A stretch of 64,000 nucleotides of DNA from an uncultured bacterium (GTDB taxonomy: Bacteria; Verrucomicrobiota; Kiritimatiellia; RFP12; UBA1067), in the NCBI GenBank assembly GCA_902779565.1, contig CACZCD010000002.1, positions 1,128 to 65,127 of the forward strand. Direction: 5' to 3'. The translations under genes and the position numbers were made by a program. Shown one piece after another: positions 1-7,610 of this stretch. A model generated the notes under the pieces. That model had not been told where the DNA came from. It worked only from the letters and a program-made list of their open reading frames with translations, and made no database searches. Numbering within the stretch: position 1 is the stretch's first letter; the number at the start of each line of letters is the position of its first letter.

Positions 1-80
1 TTCACCGCTGTTGCAGTGATGACGGTTGCGGAATTGCCGTGATTTGTCATTCGAGGTTCTATTTCGCATATCATTGACAG

Positions 81-944
81 ATGAGAACGTGGAAGATAGT
101 ATTAGTGGTTGTCTCGGTTGCAGTTGCGGCAGCCGTGACATTCTTTGCGCTTCGGGACGGCGAAAGCGCCGAACCGCAGAATAAGCCAAACGTCTCTGAA
201 AGACCCCGCGACAGGAGGGGAGAGCGTGTGCGGCGTGGCCCACAGGCTGTTCGAGAGAGAGGGAAAGGGCACAAGCTGAAGGTGGGCGAAGGCGGGGCGG
301 TCAAGGTCGCCAAGAAAAAGCCGACCTTTGCCTTAGATGATGACGACGAGGCAAATTTGACAGCAGCGCAGCGTAGCCTCATCGAGGCTATTCGTGCGGC
401 GCTGGATGACAATAATAGAAAAGAGGTGCTAAAACTCGTTCAGAGGCTGCAGAAATCTCCGGAATGGCCAGATGGGATTCCAAAGTCAATCAAGCTGGCT
501 GCCATTGAGGCCTTAGGATGGTTTGGTTCGTCCTGTTTGCCGGAGTTGGCCGGTTTTCTGGCGGATGCCGATGGAGAGGTGGTTGAGGCAGCCGTAGACC
601 GGTATGAAGAGATGCTCGGGGATTTTGATCTGAGCGATCGTGAGAGAGCCAACATTCTCGTGGAGGCATCCAAAGTAATAAATGATGCCGATGCGATGGA
701 TTCCATGTTGTTTGAGCTTAACAACATGCGCCATTCCGTGGCTGTTGAAACAATTAAGCGGTTGATGGCCGAGGGCAATTCCGCCACCAAGTCAGTTCTG
801 CCAGAGTGCGTAGAGTTCTATACGGGCGAAGAGAACCTGAATACCCCGGAGAAGCTAGACGAGTGGTACAAGCAGAATCCCGATGACGAGGACGATGAGG
901 AGTTCTATGGCGGTGCGAAGGCTGAAGACAAGAATAGTCAATAG
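81..944 (+). CDS. N-terminally membrane-anchored protein with charged linker and helical (HEAT/PBS-lyase-like) C-terminal repeats; hypothetical
   Basis: Long ORF with coding-like codon usage. N-terminal hydrophobic segment (IVLVVVSVAVAAAVTFFAL), KR/DE-rich linker, helical repeat region. No recognisable catalytic motif. Confidence 0.45.
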   Translation: MRTWKIVLVVVSVAVAAAVTFFALRDGESAEPQNKPNVSERPRDRRGERVRRGPQAVRERGKGHKLKVGEGGAVKVAKKKPTFALDDDDEANLTAAQRSLIEAIRAALDDNNRKEVLKLVQRLQKSPEWPDGIPKSIKLAAIEALGWFGSSCLPELAGFLADADGEVVEAAVDRYEEMLGDFDLSDRERANILVEASKVINDADAMDSMLFELNNMRHSVAVETIKRLMAEGNSATKSVLPECVEFYTGEENLNTPEKLDEWYKQNPDDEDDEEFYGGAKAEDKNSQ

Positions 945-968
945 GCGGAATCAGACGATGGGAGCGGC

Positions 969-1646
969 ATGAAAAGGAACAATGCATTTTATGTCATAGC
1001 CGCTTTGATAGTGGTTGTGGTTGGTGTTGCCTTGCTTGTGCAGCATGGAGGATGGAAGGATCCGGAGTCCACCCGGCAAGAGGAAGGTGCGAAGAAGGTT
1101 CCAACGGCACGTGTGCGGAAGGTTCCCGCCTCGCATGGGGGCGCCAAGCGGGCGGCCGAAGATTCGGACAAAAGACCCGTGACCGGAGATGCCGTAAAGG
1201 GGCAAGAAGAGGAGTCCGATGAGAACGAGAGCCCGGAAGCGTTGAGCGAAGAGGAGCGGCGCGAGCGGGAGGAGGAAAAATCCGTTGAGGCATTTGACGG
1301 ATTGACGGACAAGTGGATGGAACCGGCGAAGGACGGCGTGACGATGAAGGACATTGACGAGTTTGTCGCGCAGTTCCGGAAGGTGCCGAAGGCCCGAAAG
1401 GATGAATGCCTTCACCGGGCGCTCAATCTGGTGCCGGATGAGAACGTCATGCTGCTGGCCGGAATCCTGATGGACAAGTCACAGGATAAGGATCTCATTG
1501 AAACCGTCTATAACGATGTCTTGAACAGGGACGAGGACGTGAAAAAGCCAATCCTTCAGCAGATTTTCAAGGATCGGGAGCATCCTTGTTGGGCGGATAC
1601 GGCCTGGATCCTGGATGTCACCGGGGAGCTTCCGGGCAAGAAATAG
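969..1646 (+). CDS. Membrane-anchored hypothetical protein; same architecture as the upstream gene (possible paralog)
   Basis: N-terminal TM (FYVIAALIVVVVGVALLV), acidic/basic low-complexity linker (EEESDENESPEALSEEERREREEEK), helical C-terminus. Confidence 0.4.
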   Translation: MKRNNAFYVIAALIVVVVGVALLVQHGGWKDPESTRQEEGAKKVPTARVRKVPASHGGAKRAAEDSDKRPVTGDAVKGQEEESDENESPEALSEEERREREEEKSVEAFDGLTDKWMEPAKDGVTMKDIDEFVAQFRKVPKARKDECLHRALNLVPDENVMLLAGILMDKSQDKDLIETVYNDVLNRDEDVKKPILQQIFKDREHPCWADTAWILDVTGELPGKK

Positions 1647-1684
1647 GGTTCTATGGTATAATCCATGGCATAAGGTGGGAGTGC

Positions 1685-2257
1685 ATGGCGACGAAATCCA
1701 AGATGGCGATTGAGGTTCTGCTCGCAGGAGCGGACATCGAGGGCATTGTGCTGCAGCCGCATCTTCTGAAGACCACGCGGCTCGTCACGGTCGATCTCCT
1801 GTGGCCGCGGTGCTCCATCGCCAAGAAGACCAGTGCCCGCGAGGTGAAGTTCCGCAAGGCGAAAGCGTCGTTCAAGGGCGAGGCATGGAGCCGCCGGATC
1901 CTCTTCCGCGAAGAGGTGGAGGGGCATGCCGGCTTCGCCGTCGCCGTTTCGGAGATTCTTGATGACGAATGGTTCGAGAAGTTTCTGCGGTTGACCGCAA
2001 AGTACGCCCTGAAGACGGCGGCGGACTTTGTGCAGAAGTACACGGTGGGCATCGACGACATCGCTTCAGCACCCATTGATGCCCTGGCGCAGCTTGAAGG
2101 TACGTATCCGGGACCGAGAACTGCGGCGCAAGGAGTGTTGGATCTGACCGAAGAGATGTTGCCGGAGCCGGGCGGGAGCACGGTGGTCGAAGTGCCGCTA
2201 CACCGGCCGCGGTTCACAAAAACAGTGGGGCACCTAAAACTTGAAATCAGGGCGTGA
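1685..2257 (+). CDS. Hypothetical soluble protein; overlaps the kinase start by 17 nt (coupled)
   Basis: ATG at 1685 preceded by SD-like aaggtgggag and by the TATGGTATAAT motif at 1653-1663. The listed ORF start at 1586 is probably an over-extension. Confidence 0.45.
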   Translation: MATKSKMAIEVLLAGADIEGIVLQPHLLKTTRLVTVDLLWPRCSIAKKTSAREVKFRKAKASFKGEAWSRRILFREEVEGHAGFAVAVSEILDDEWFEKFLRLTAKYALKTAADFVQKYTVGIDDIASAPIDALAQLEGTYPGPRTAAQGVLDLTEEMLPEPGGSTVVEVPLHRPRFTKTVGHLKLEIRA

Positions 2258-3542
2258 GATAGGCGAGTACCGGATTGTCCGCCTTTTGGGGAAGGGCGGC
2301 ATGTCGGAGGTGTACGAGGCGGAGCATTTGCGCCTCGGGTCGCGTCATGCCATCAAGTTCTTCACCTACGAGAAAAATGTGGATGGCGTGAAAGAGCGGT
2401 TTCTCGCCGAGGGGAAATTGCTGGCGAAATTGGCGCATCCGCGTGTGGTGCGCGTGACGGATGCCGGAACGGATCCGGAGACGCAGCAGCCCTATTTCGT
2501 GATGGATCTTGTGGCCGATCCGGAAGGTCAGGTGCGTTCGCTTGCGGAGGTGCCTGTTGGGGGCGTGGATGAGGCCCAGATCGGGATGTGGTACGACGAT
2601 CTTCGTGAAGGGCTTGCCTACATCCATGCCAAGGGTGTCGTTCATCGTGACCTGAAGCTTGAGAATGTCCTGATTGGCTCGGATGGCCATGTGGTGCTGA
2701 CGGACTTCGGAATATCGAAGATCGGCGTCGCCAAGAATGGCGATACGGTGGTTGACCCTGTGCAGACGATTGTCCGTCTGCGCGACGGGAAGAACCCGTT
2801 GATGGGTTCGCTCGGCTACATGGCCCCGGAACTGGAGATGGGGGTGGCCGCTTCGCCGCAGAGCGACTATTATGCATTGGGCGTGATTGTCTATCGTCTT
2901 CTGACCGGCACCTGGTGCGATGCGCGCACGGACATCACGGGTGGACTTGAGACGTATGATCCTGTCTGGCGGCAGATTGTTCCCAAGCTGCTGCACGCCA
3001 ACCCGCGCGGCCGTGAATGCCTTTCATGGCGGGAGCAGAAAGATGCCGCCGCTGAGAAGCGGTTTTTTGATATGGAGAATGCGCTCGAACACTCGCGCGG
3101 GAAGACGCGGCGCGAAAAACGTCGTGCGCGGGTATCGTTCGTTGTGATTTTCCTTTGCGCGGTGCTGGTCTCGGGCCTTGGCGTCTATCTCTATCGTATG
3201 ACAGCGCGTTTGCAGCCGCCGACGTTTGATGAGGTTGTGTATGTGCCGAAGGATGCGCCGGAAGAGGAGACGGAAGAGAAAGCTTCGCGCGAGCAGCTTC
3301 AGGCGGCATTGCCAGATGCGTGGGTTCTTGCTCACGGGATAATCGAAGACCTCCACAAGGGCGGCATTACCCGCGCAAAAGCCGTGGCAGAGCTGAATCG
3401 CCTTGCGAAGTTGGCTGAAGAGGATAATCTGAATCTGTTTGACGATCTGCCGTCCTACTCGGCAAGCGGCGAGAGCGCCGCACTGGGGGAACTGCTCCGG
3501 GCAGCGGCGAAAAGGCTGTCGGAAGGAGCGGATCCGAAATGA
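2241..3542 (+). CDS. Hanks-type Ser/Thr protein kinase with one TM helix and a short extracytoplasmic C-terminal domain
   Basis: Gly-rich loop LGKGGMSEVY, VAIK-like HAIKFF, catalytic loop HRDLKLENVL, DFG (TDFGISK), APE-like (YMAPE); TM VSFVVIFLCAVLVSGLGVYLY. Confidence 0.85.
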   Translation: MKSGREIGEYRIVRLLGKGGMSEVYEAEHLRLGSRHAIKFFTYEKNVDGVKERFLAEGKLLAKLAHPRVVRVTDAGTDPETQQPYFVMDLVADPEGQVRSLAEVPVGGVDEAQIGMWYDDLREGLAYIHAKGVVHRDLKLENVLIGSDGHVVLTDFGISKIGVAKNGDTVVDPVQTIVRLRDGKNPLMGSLGYMAPELEMGVAASPQSDYYALGVIVYRLLTGTWCDARTDITGGLETYDPVWRQIVPKLLHANPRGRECLSWREQKDAAAEKRFFDMENALEHSRGKTRREKRRARVSFVVIFLCAVLVSGLGVYLYRMTARLQPPTFDEVVYVPKDAPEEETEEKASREQLQAALPDAWVLAHGIIEDLHKGGITRAKAVAELNRLAKLAEEDNLNLFDDLPSYSASGESAALGELLRAAAKRLSEGADPK

Positions 3543-4195
3543 GTGCGTTTCCGGTGACATCCGTCACCCTGATCCAGAAGATCAAGACGCTCGCGCCGGG
3601 AGAGGACGGTGCGGCGTGGGTGCGTTTCTGGGATTCCTACTCAGCCGCCATCCGTGCCTTCGCCGCACGGAAGGGTGGCGAGGAGAACGCCGACGATATC
3701 GTGATGACCGTCTTGGGCAAGCTGGTGGAGGTCCTTCGTTCGGGACAGTATGCCCCTGAGAAAGGCGCTTTCCATTCCTATCTGGCGACGATGATCCTGA
3801 ATGAGGTTCATATGCTGCACCGCAAGGAATCGGTACGGCAGGTGGATCGGCGCGTGTCGTTGGATGCGCCGATCAACAAGGATGAGGCTGGTGAGAACGG
3901 CGATCAGACCCTTGCGGACACGCTCTCGCAGGAGTCCGTCTCCCCCGATGCGCTGGATGAGGATTGGCGACAGGCGGTTTTGGCGAGCGCCGTGGATCAT
4001 GTCCTCAACAAGACGGCGCTTTCGCAGCGCGACCGCAACGTCTATCGCGAATACGCCCAGGAGGGGCGCCCCATTGAGGAGGTCGCCGCCAAGTACGGCA
4101 TTTCCCGGAATTTCGTCAGCCAGATCAAGACGCGCATCGATCGCCGCATCGTCATGGTGGGGAAGGAGCTGATCACGGGCTTGGAGCGCGTGTGA
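3539..4195 (+). CDS. ECF-type sigma-70 family RNA polymerase sigma factor
   Basis: ATGA overlap with the kinase stop. Region-2-like segment (ENADDIVMTVLGKL...HSYLATMILNEV) and region-4 HTH (IEEVAAKYGISRNFVSQIKTRIDRRI). Confidence 0.7.
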   Translation: MSAFPVTSVTLIQKIKTLAPGEDGAAWVRFWDSYSAAIRAFAARKGGEENADDIVMTVLGKLVEVLRSGQYAPEKGAFHSYLATMILNEVHMLHRKESVRQVDRRVSLDAPINKDEAGENGDQTLADTLSQESVSPDALDEDWRQAVLASAVDHVLNKTALSQRDRNVYREYAQEGRPIEEVAAKYGISRNFVSQIKTRIDRRIVMVGKELITGLERV

Positions 4196-4199
4196 AGGA

Positions 4200-4242
4200 C
4201 GGTTGAAAAGTTGAAAGGTTAAAAAGTTGAAAGGTAAAAGAC
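4200..4242. repeat. Intergenic tandem repeat (GTTGAAAG/GTTAAAAA units)
   Basis: ttgaaaagttgaaaggttaaaaagttgaaaggtaaaag between the sigma gene and nagA. Confidence 0.6.
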
Positions 4243-4255
4243 AAGGAGAAGAAAC

Positions 4256-5404
4256 ATGAAAACAGTCATCGTCAATGCACATGTCATCAGCCCCGGGGTG
4301 GAGATCCCCTGCGCCGCCATCGAGATTGCGGACGGCAAGATCGTCAAGGTCGCCACGGCCGCGAAGCCCGGGAAGAACGATTGGGTCTTCGACGCGAAGG
4401 GCGCCTACGTGGTGCCGGGCTTCATCGATGTGCATCTGCACGGCGCCTGCGGATATGACGTGTGCGACGCCACGCCCGAGGCGATCGAGAAGATCGCGGA
4501 GGCGAAGCTGGCCGAGGGGTGCACCTCGTTTCTGCCGACCACGCTCACGGTGGGGCACGCGAACCTTGTCGCCGCCGCGAAGGCGGTGGCCGCCTACCGG
4601 AAGGATCCCAAGTTCTCCAAGGTGATCGGCATCCATCTGGAAGGCCCGTTCATCAACGTAAAGTGCTGCGGGGCGCAGAACCCGAAGTTCGTCCGCAAGC
4701 CGGACATGAAGGAGGTTCTGGCGATCGACAAGATCTCCCCGGTGAAGCAGATCTCCTTCGCGCCGGAGCAGCCCGGCGGCGCCGCGTTCGCGGCGGCGTG
4801 CCTCAAGCGTGGCATCGTGCCGAGCTGTGGTCACACGGGCGCGACGATGGCGGAGTTCATGCCGGCCTACAAGAAGGGGCTCCGCCACATGACGCACTTC
4901 TGCAACCAGATGACGAAGCTCCATCATCGCGAGATCGGCATGGTGGGGGCCGGCTTCCTTCTGGAAGACCTCAACACGGAGGTCATCTGCGACCGCATCC
5001 ACCTCTGCGATGACATGCTCAAGCTCATCTTCACGCGCCGCAACCTGGCGCATGTCCAGATGATCACCGATTCGCTCCGCTGCTCGCATTGCAAGGATGG
5101 CTATGCGTTTGAGATGGGCGGGCTCAAGGTTCAGCTCAAGGGTGGCGAAGCGCGCCTGGTTGAGGGCGGAAACCTGGCCGGTTCCACGCTGTGGATGAAC
5201 CAGGGGCTCAAGAACCTTCGCGATGTGACGGGGCTCCCGCTCAAGGATCTCGTGCGCGTCACCTCCTGGAACCAGGCAATCGAACAGGGGCTTGGCAATA
5301 CGCTCGGCAAGGTCGAGAAGGGCTTCACCGCCGACCTCGCGGTGTTGGACGCGAAGTCCTTCAAGGTCAAGGCCGTGTTCCTTGACGGAAAACGCCGCGT
5401 TTGA
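4256..5404 (+). CDS. nagA: N-acetylglucosamine-6-phosphate deacetylase
   Basis: Amidohydrolase metal-binding motif GFIDVHLHG, ~380 aa, SD aaggagaag upstream; overall NagA-like sequence. Confidence 0.8.
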   Translation: MKTVIVNAHVISPGVEIPCAAIEIADGKIVKVATAAKPGKNDWVFDAKGAYVVPGFIDVHLHGACGYDVCDATPEAIEKIAEAKLAEGCTSFLPTTLTVGHANLVAAAKAVAAYRKDPKFSKVIGIHLEGPFINVKCCGAQNPKFVRKPDMKEVLAIDKISPVKQISFAPEQPGGAAFAAACLKRGIVPSCGHTGATMAEFMPAYKKGLRHMTHFCNQMTKLHHREIGMVGAGFLLEDLNTEVICDRIHLCDDMLKLIFTRRNLAHVQMITDSLRCSHCKDGYAFEMGGLKVQLKGGEARLVEGGNLAGSTLWMNQGLKNLRDVTGLPLKDLVRVTSWNQAIEQGLGNTLGKVEKGFTADLAVLDAKSFKVKAVFLDGKRRV

Positions 5405-5443
5405 TATCATATGCGCTTCTTTTTTGGAAGTGGAGTAAATTGA

Positions 5444-5725
5444 ATGAACGGCGAACTCTTGAAGAAAGCCCATGAACGCGTCCCTTCGGTGCCGGTTCTC
5501 GTGAACCTCATCTCGAAGCGCGTAAAGCAGCTCATCAACGGCGAAAAGCCGCTGGTGCGTCCGCTTTCGTCGGAAGAGGACAAGGTGGATACGGCGCTCC
5601 GCGAAGTGGCGGAAGGGAAGCTTATCTCGGAAATTGACTTCGACGCGATTGCGCGCGCCGAAGAGGCCAAGACCAAGTGGGCGAAGCATGCCGCGATGCG
5701 GTCCATCTTCGCCGACGACGAATAA
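5444..5725 (+). CDS. rpoZ: DNA-directed RNA polymerase omega subunit (likely)
   Basis: 93 aa; core VLVNLISKRVKQL resembles the RpoZ consensus (LVxxAxRRARQL). Confidence 0.5.
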   Translation: MNGELLKKAHERVPSVPVLVNLISKRVKQLINGEKPLVRPLSSEEDKVDTALREVAEGKLISEIDFDAIARAEEAKTKWAKHAAMRSIFADDE

Positions 5726-5728
5726 GGC

Positions 5729-6181
5729 GTGGCCGAGAAGAAGCACACCCCGCCGGGCGATCTGGCCGTCAACCGAAAAGCCTGGCACGACTATACCGTA
5801 CTCGACCGTGTCGAGTGCGGTATTCAGTTGACAGGCACCGAGGTGAAGGTGGTGCGCCATGGCGAGGCGTCGCTCGCCGGCGCGTATGGGGCGGTTCTGG
5901 GCGGTGAGCTGTTCATCTGCGGCATGAACATCCCCGTCTATGAGTTCGGCAACCGTTTCAACCATGATCCGCGCCGCAACCGCAAGCTTCTGGTCCATGC
6001 GAAGGAGATTGAGGCGTTCCGCCTGAAGACGGAGGCGAAAGGGCTCACGCTCATCCCGCTGAAGCTCTACCTCAAGCGTGGCCACATCAAGCTTGAGCTG
6101 GGCGTCTGCCGCGGCAAGACGCTCTACGACAAGCGAGACGCGCTCAAGAAGAAGGCGATGCGCCGCGACATGGAGCGGTGA
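5729..6181 (+). CDS. smpB: SsrA-binding protein
   Basis: GTG start; sequence AVNRKAWHDYTVLDRVECGIQLTGTEVK...KLLVHAKEIEAF...LIPLKLY matches the SmpB family throughout. Confidence 0.9.
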   Translation: MAEKKHTPPGDLAVNRKAWHDYTVLDRVECGIQLTGTEVKVVRHGEASLAGAYGAVLGGELFICGMNIPVYEFGNRFNHDPRRNRKLLVHAKEIEAFRLKTEAKGLTLIPLKLYLKRGHIKLELGVCRGKTLYDKRDALKKKAMRRDMER

Positions 6182-6199
6182 ACGAGGGAGGCGTCCGCA

Positions 6200-7168
6200 A
6201 TGAGGTTTCTGCAACGGATTTCGGCCTGGCTGTCTAAGTGGACGCCGCTCTTCATTACGCTTGTGGCGGTGGGGACGTATTTCGTCCCGGCGGCGTTCGG
6301 CTGGGTGCGCGGCTACACGCAGACCGCCGTTCTGGGCGTGATCATGTTGACGATGGGCATGACGCTCAAAGGCGAGGATTTCCGCATCTTGGCGTCGCGC
6401 CCCCTCGACCTCCTCATCGGTTCTCTCGCGCAGTACTCGGTGATGCCGCTTGTCGCCTGGGTGCTTGTACACACGATGGGGCTTCCCAAGCCTGTTGGGG
6501 TGGGGCTGATTCTTGTGGGCTGCTGCCCGGGCGGCGTCTCGTCCAACATCATGAGCTTTCTCTGCAAGGGCGACGTCGCCTTCTCCGTCGGCATGACGAC
6601 GATCTCCACGCTGGCGGCGCCGTTCGTGACGCCGCTTCTGATGCTTTGGCTGGCGGGTGAGAGCGTGGATGTGGATGCGGTCGGGATGTTCACTTCCATT
6701 CTCTTCGTGACGATCCTGCCGATCGCGGTGGGTTTCACGCTCAACGCCGTGTGTGGCCAGCGCAAGGGCTATGGCGAGGCGATGAAGGTGATGCCGGGCG
6801 TGGCGGTGTTGGGGTTGGCCTGTATCGTGGGTGGTGTCGTTTCGGCGCACGGACCGAAACTGCTCCATTCCGGCGTGTTGATCTTCGTGGGCGTGTTCCT
6901 GCACAACACCCTCGGCTACATTCTCGGATACGTGACCGGCGTCGCCGCGCGCTTCACAAAGCCGAAACGCCGCACGATCTCCATTGAGGTCGGCATGCAG
7001 AACGCCGGACTCGCGACCGTTCTGGCCGGACGGCACTTCCCGGCCCTGCCGGAGGCGGCCGTCGCCTCGGCCGTCTCGTGCGTATGGCATTCGATCTCGG
7101 GCGCCCTGCTCGCGGGCGTGTTCAATGCGGTCGATGCCCTTGTTGCGCGCCTGCGCCGTGGCTTGTGA
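6200..7168 (+). CDS. Bile acid:sodium symporter (BASS) family transporter
   Basis: Polytopic membrane protein ~320 aa with a BASS-like core (GLILVGCCPGGVSSNIMS). Confidence 0.75.
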   Translation: MRFLQRISAWLSKWTPLFITLVAVGTYFVPAAFGWVRGYTQTAVLGVIMLTMGMTLKGEDFRILASRPLDLLIGSLAQYSVMPLVAWVLVHTMGLPKPVGVGLILVGCCPGGVSSNIMSFLCKGDVAFSVGMTTISTLAAPFVTPLLMLWLAGESVDVDAVGMFTSILFVTILPIAVGFTLNAVCGQRKGYGEAMKVMPGVAVLGLACIVGGVVSAHGPKLLHSGVLIFVGVFLHNTLGYILGYVTGVAARFTKPKRRTISIEVGMQNAGLATVLAGRHFPALPEAAVASAVSCVWHSISGALLAGVFNAVDALVARLRRGL

Positions 7169-7180
7169 TATAATTCACGG
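7164..7180 (+). promoter_or_regulatory. Extended -10 promoter motif (TGTGATATAATTCACGG); ATG at 7182 implies a leaderless lutC mRNA
   Basis: Member of the recurrent TATGGTATAATTCGCACCC family; the -10 ends 8 nt before the start codon. Confidence 0.55.
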
Positions 7181-7181
7181 C

Positions 7182-7607
7182 ATGGACACCGAAAAGTTTA
7201 TCGAGAGGGCGCAGGCGGTCGCCGCGCGCGTGAGCCGCGCCGCCGATGAGGAGGCCGTCGCCCATCTGATCGCGGAAGACCAGACGCGTTTTGGCGCAGA
7301 GAACGTGGGCGTGGTCCGTGCCGCGTGCGGCATCGCGGAGACCGGCACGTGCGTCGTGATTACGGATGACGAGGAGACGCGGCTCAAGACGATGCTTCCG
7401 GAGGTGAGCGTAATTGTGCTGCGCGCTGACGACATCGTGCCGAACCTTGCCGACACCGCCGCATTCCTGCGCGAACGGCAGTCCGGCGACCGCATCTCGT
7501 ACACCTCGTTCATCACGGGTCCGAGCCGCACGGCCGACATTGAGCGCGTGAGCGCCATCGGCGTGCATGGACCGCTTGATCTGCACATCATTCTTCTGGA
7601 GGGCTGA
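7182..7607 (+). CDS. lutC: Lactate utilization protein C (LUD domain)
   Basis: ~141 aa DUF162/LUD-like protein immediately upstream of lutB; the listed ORF 6984.. is over-extended. Confidence 0.7.
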   Translation: MDTEKFIERAQAVAARVSRAADEEAVAHLIAEDQTRFGAENVGVVRAACGIAETGTCVVITDDEETRLKTMLPEVSVIVLRADDIVPNLADTAAFLRERQSGDRISYTSFITGPSRTADIERVSAIGVHGPLDLHIILLEG

Positions 7608-7610
7608 AGC

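Noticed and set aside
1586-1684. Upstream extension of the ORF preceding the kinase
   Set aside because: The extension overlaps the previous gene and contains the promoter motif at 1653-1663. The ATG at 1685 has an SD-like sequence.
3641-7090. 1149-aa ORF on the minus strand
   Set aside because: It lies antisense to nagA, rpoZ, smpB and the BASS transporter, all of which have clear protein motifs. Its translation is Arg/His/Gly/Ala-rich low-complexity typical of antisense frames in high-GC DNA. This is a stop-codon-poor artefact.
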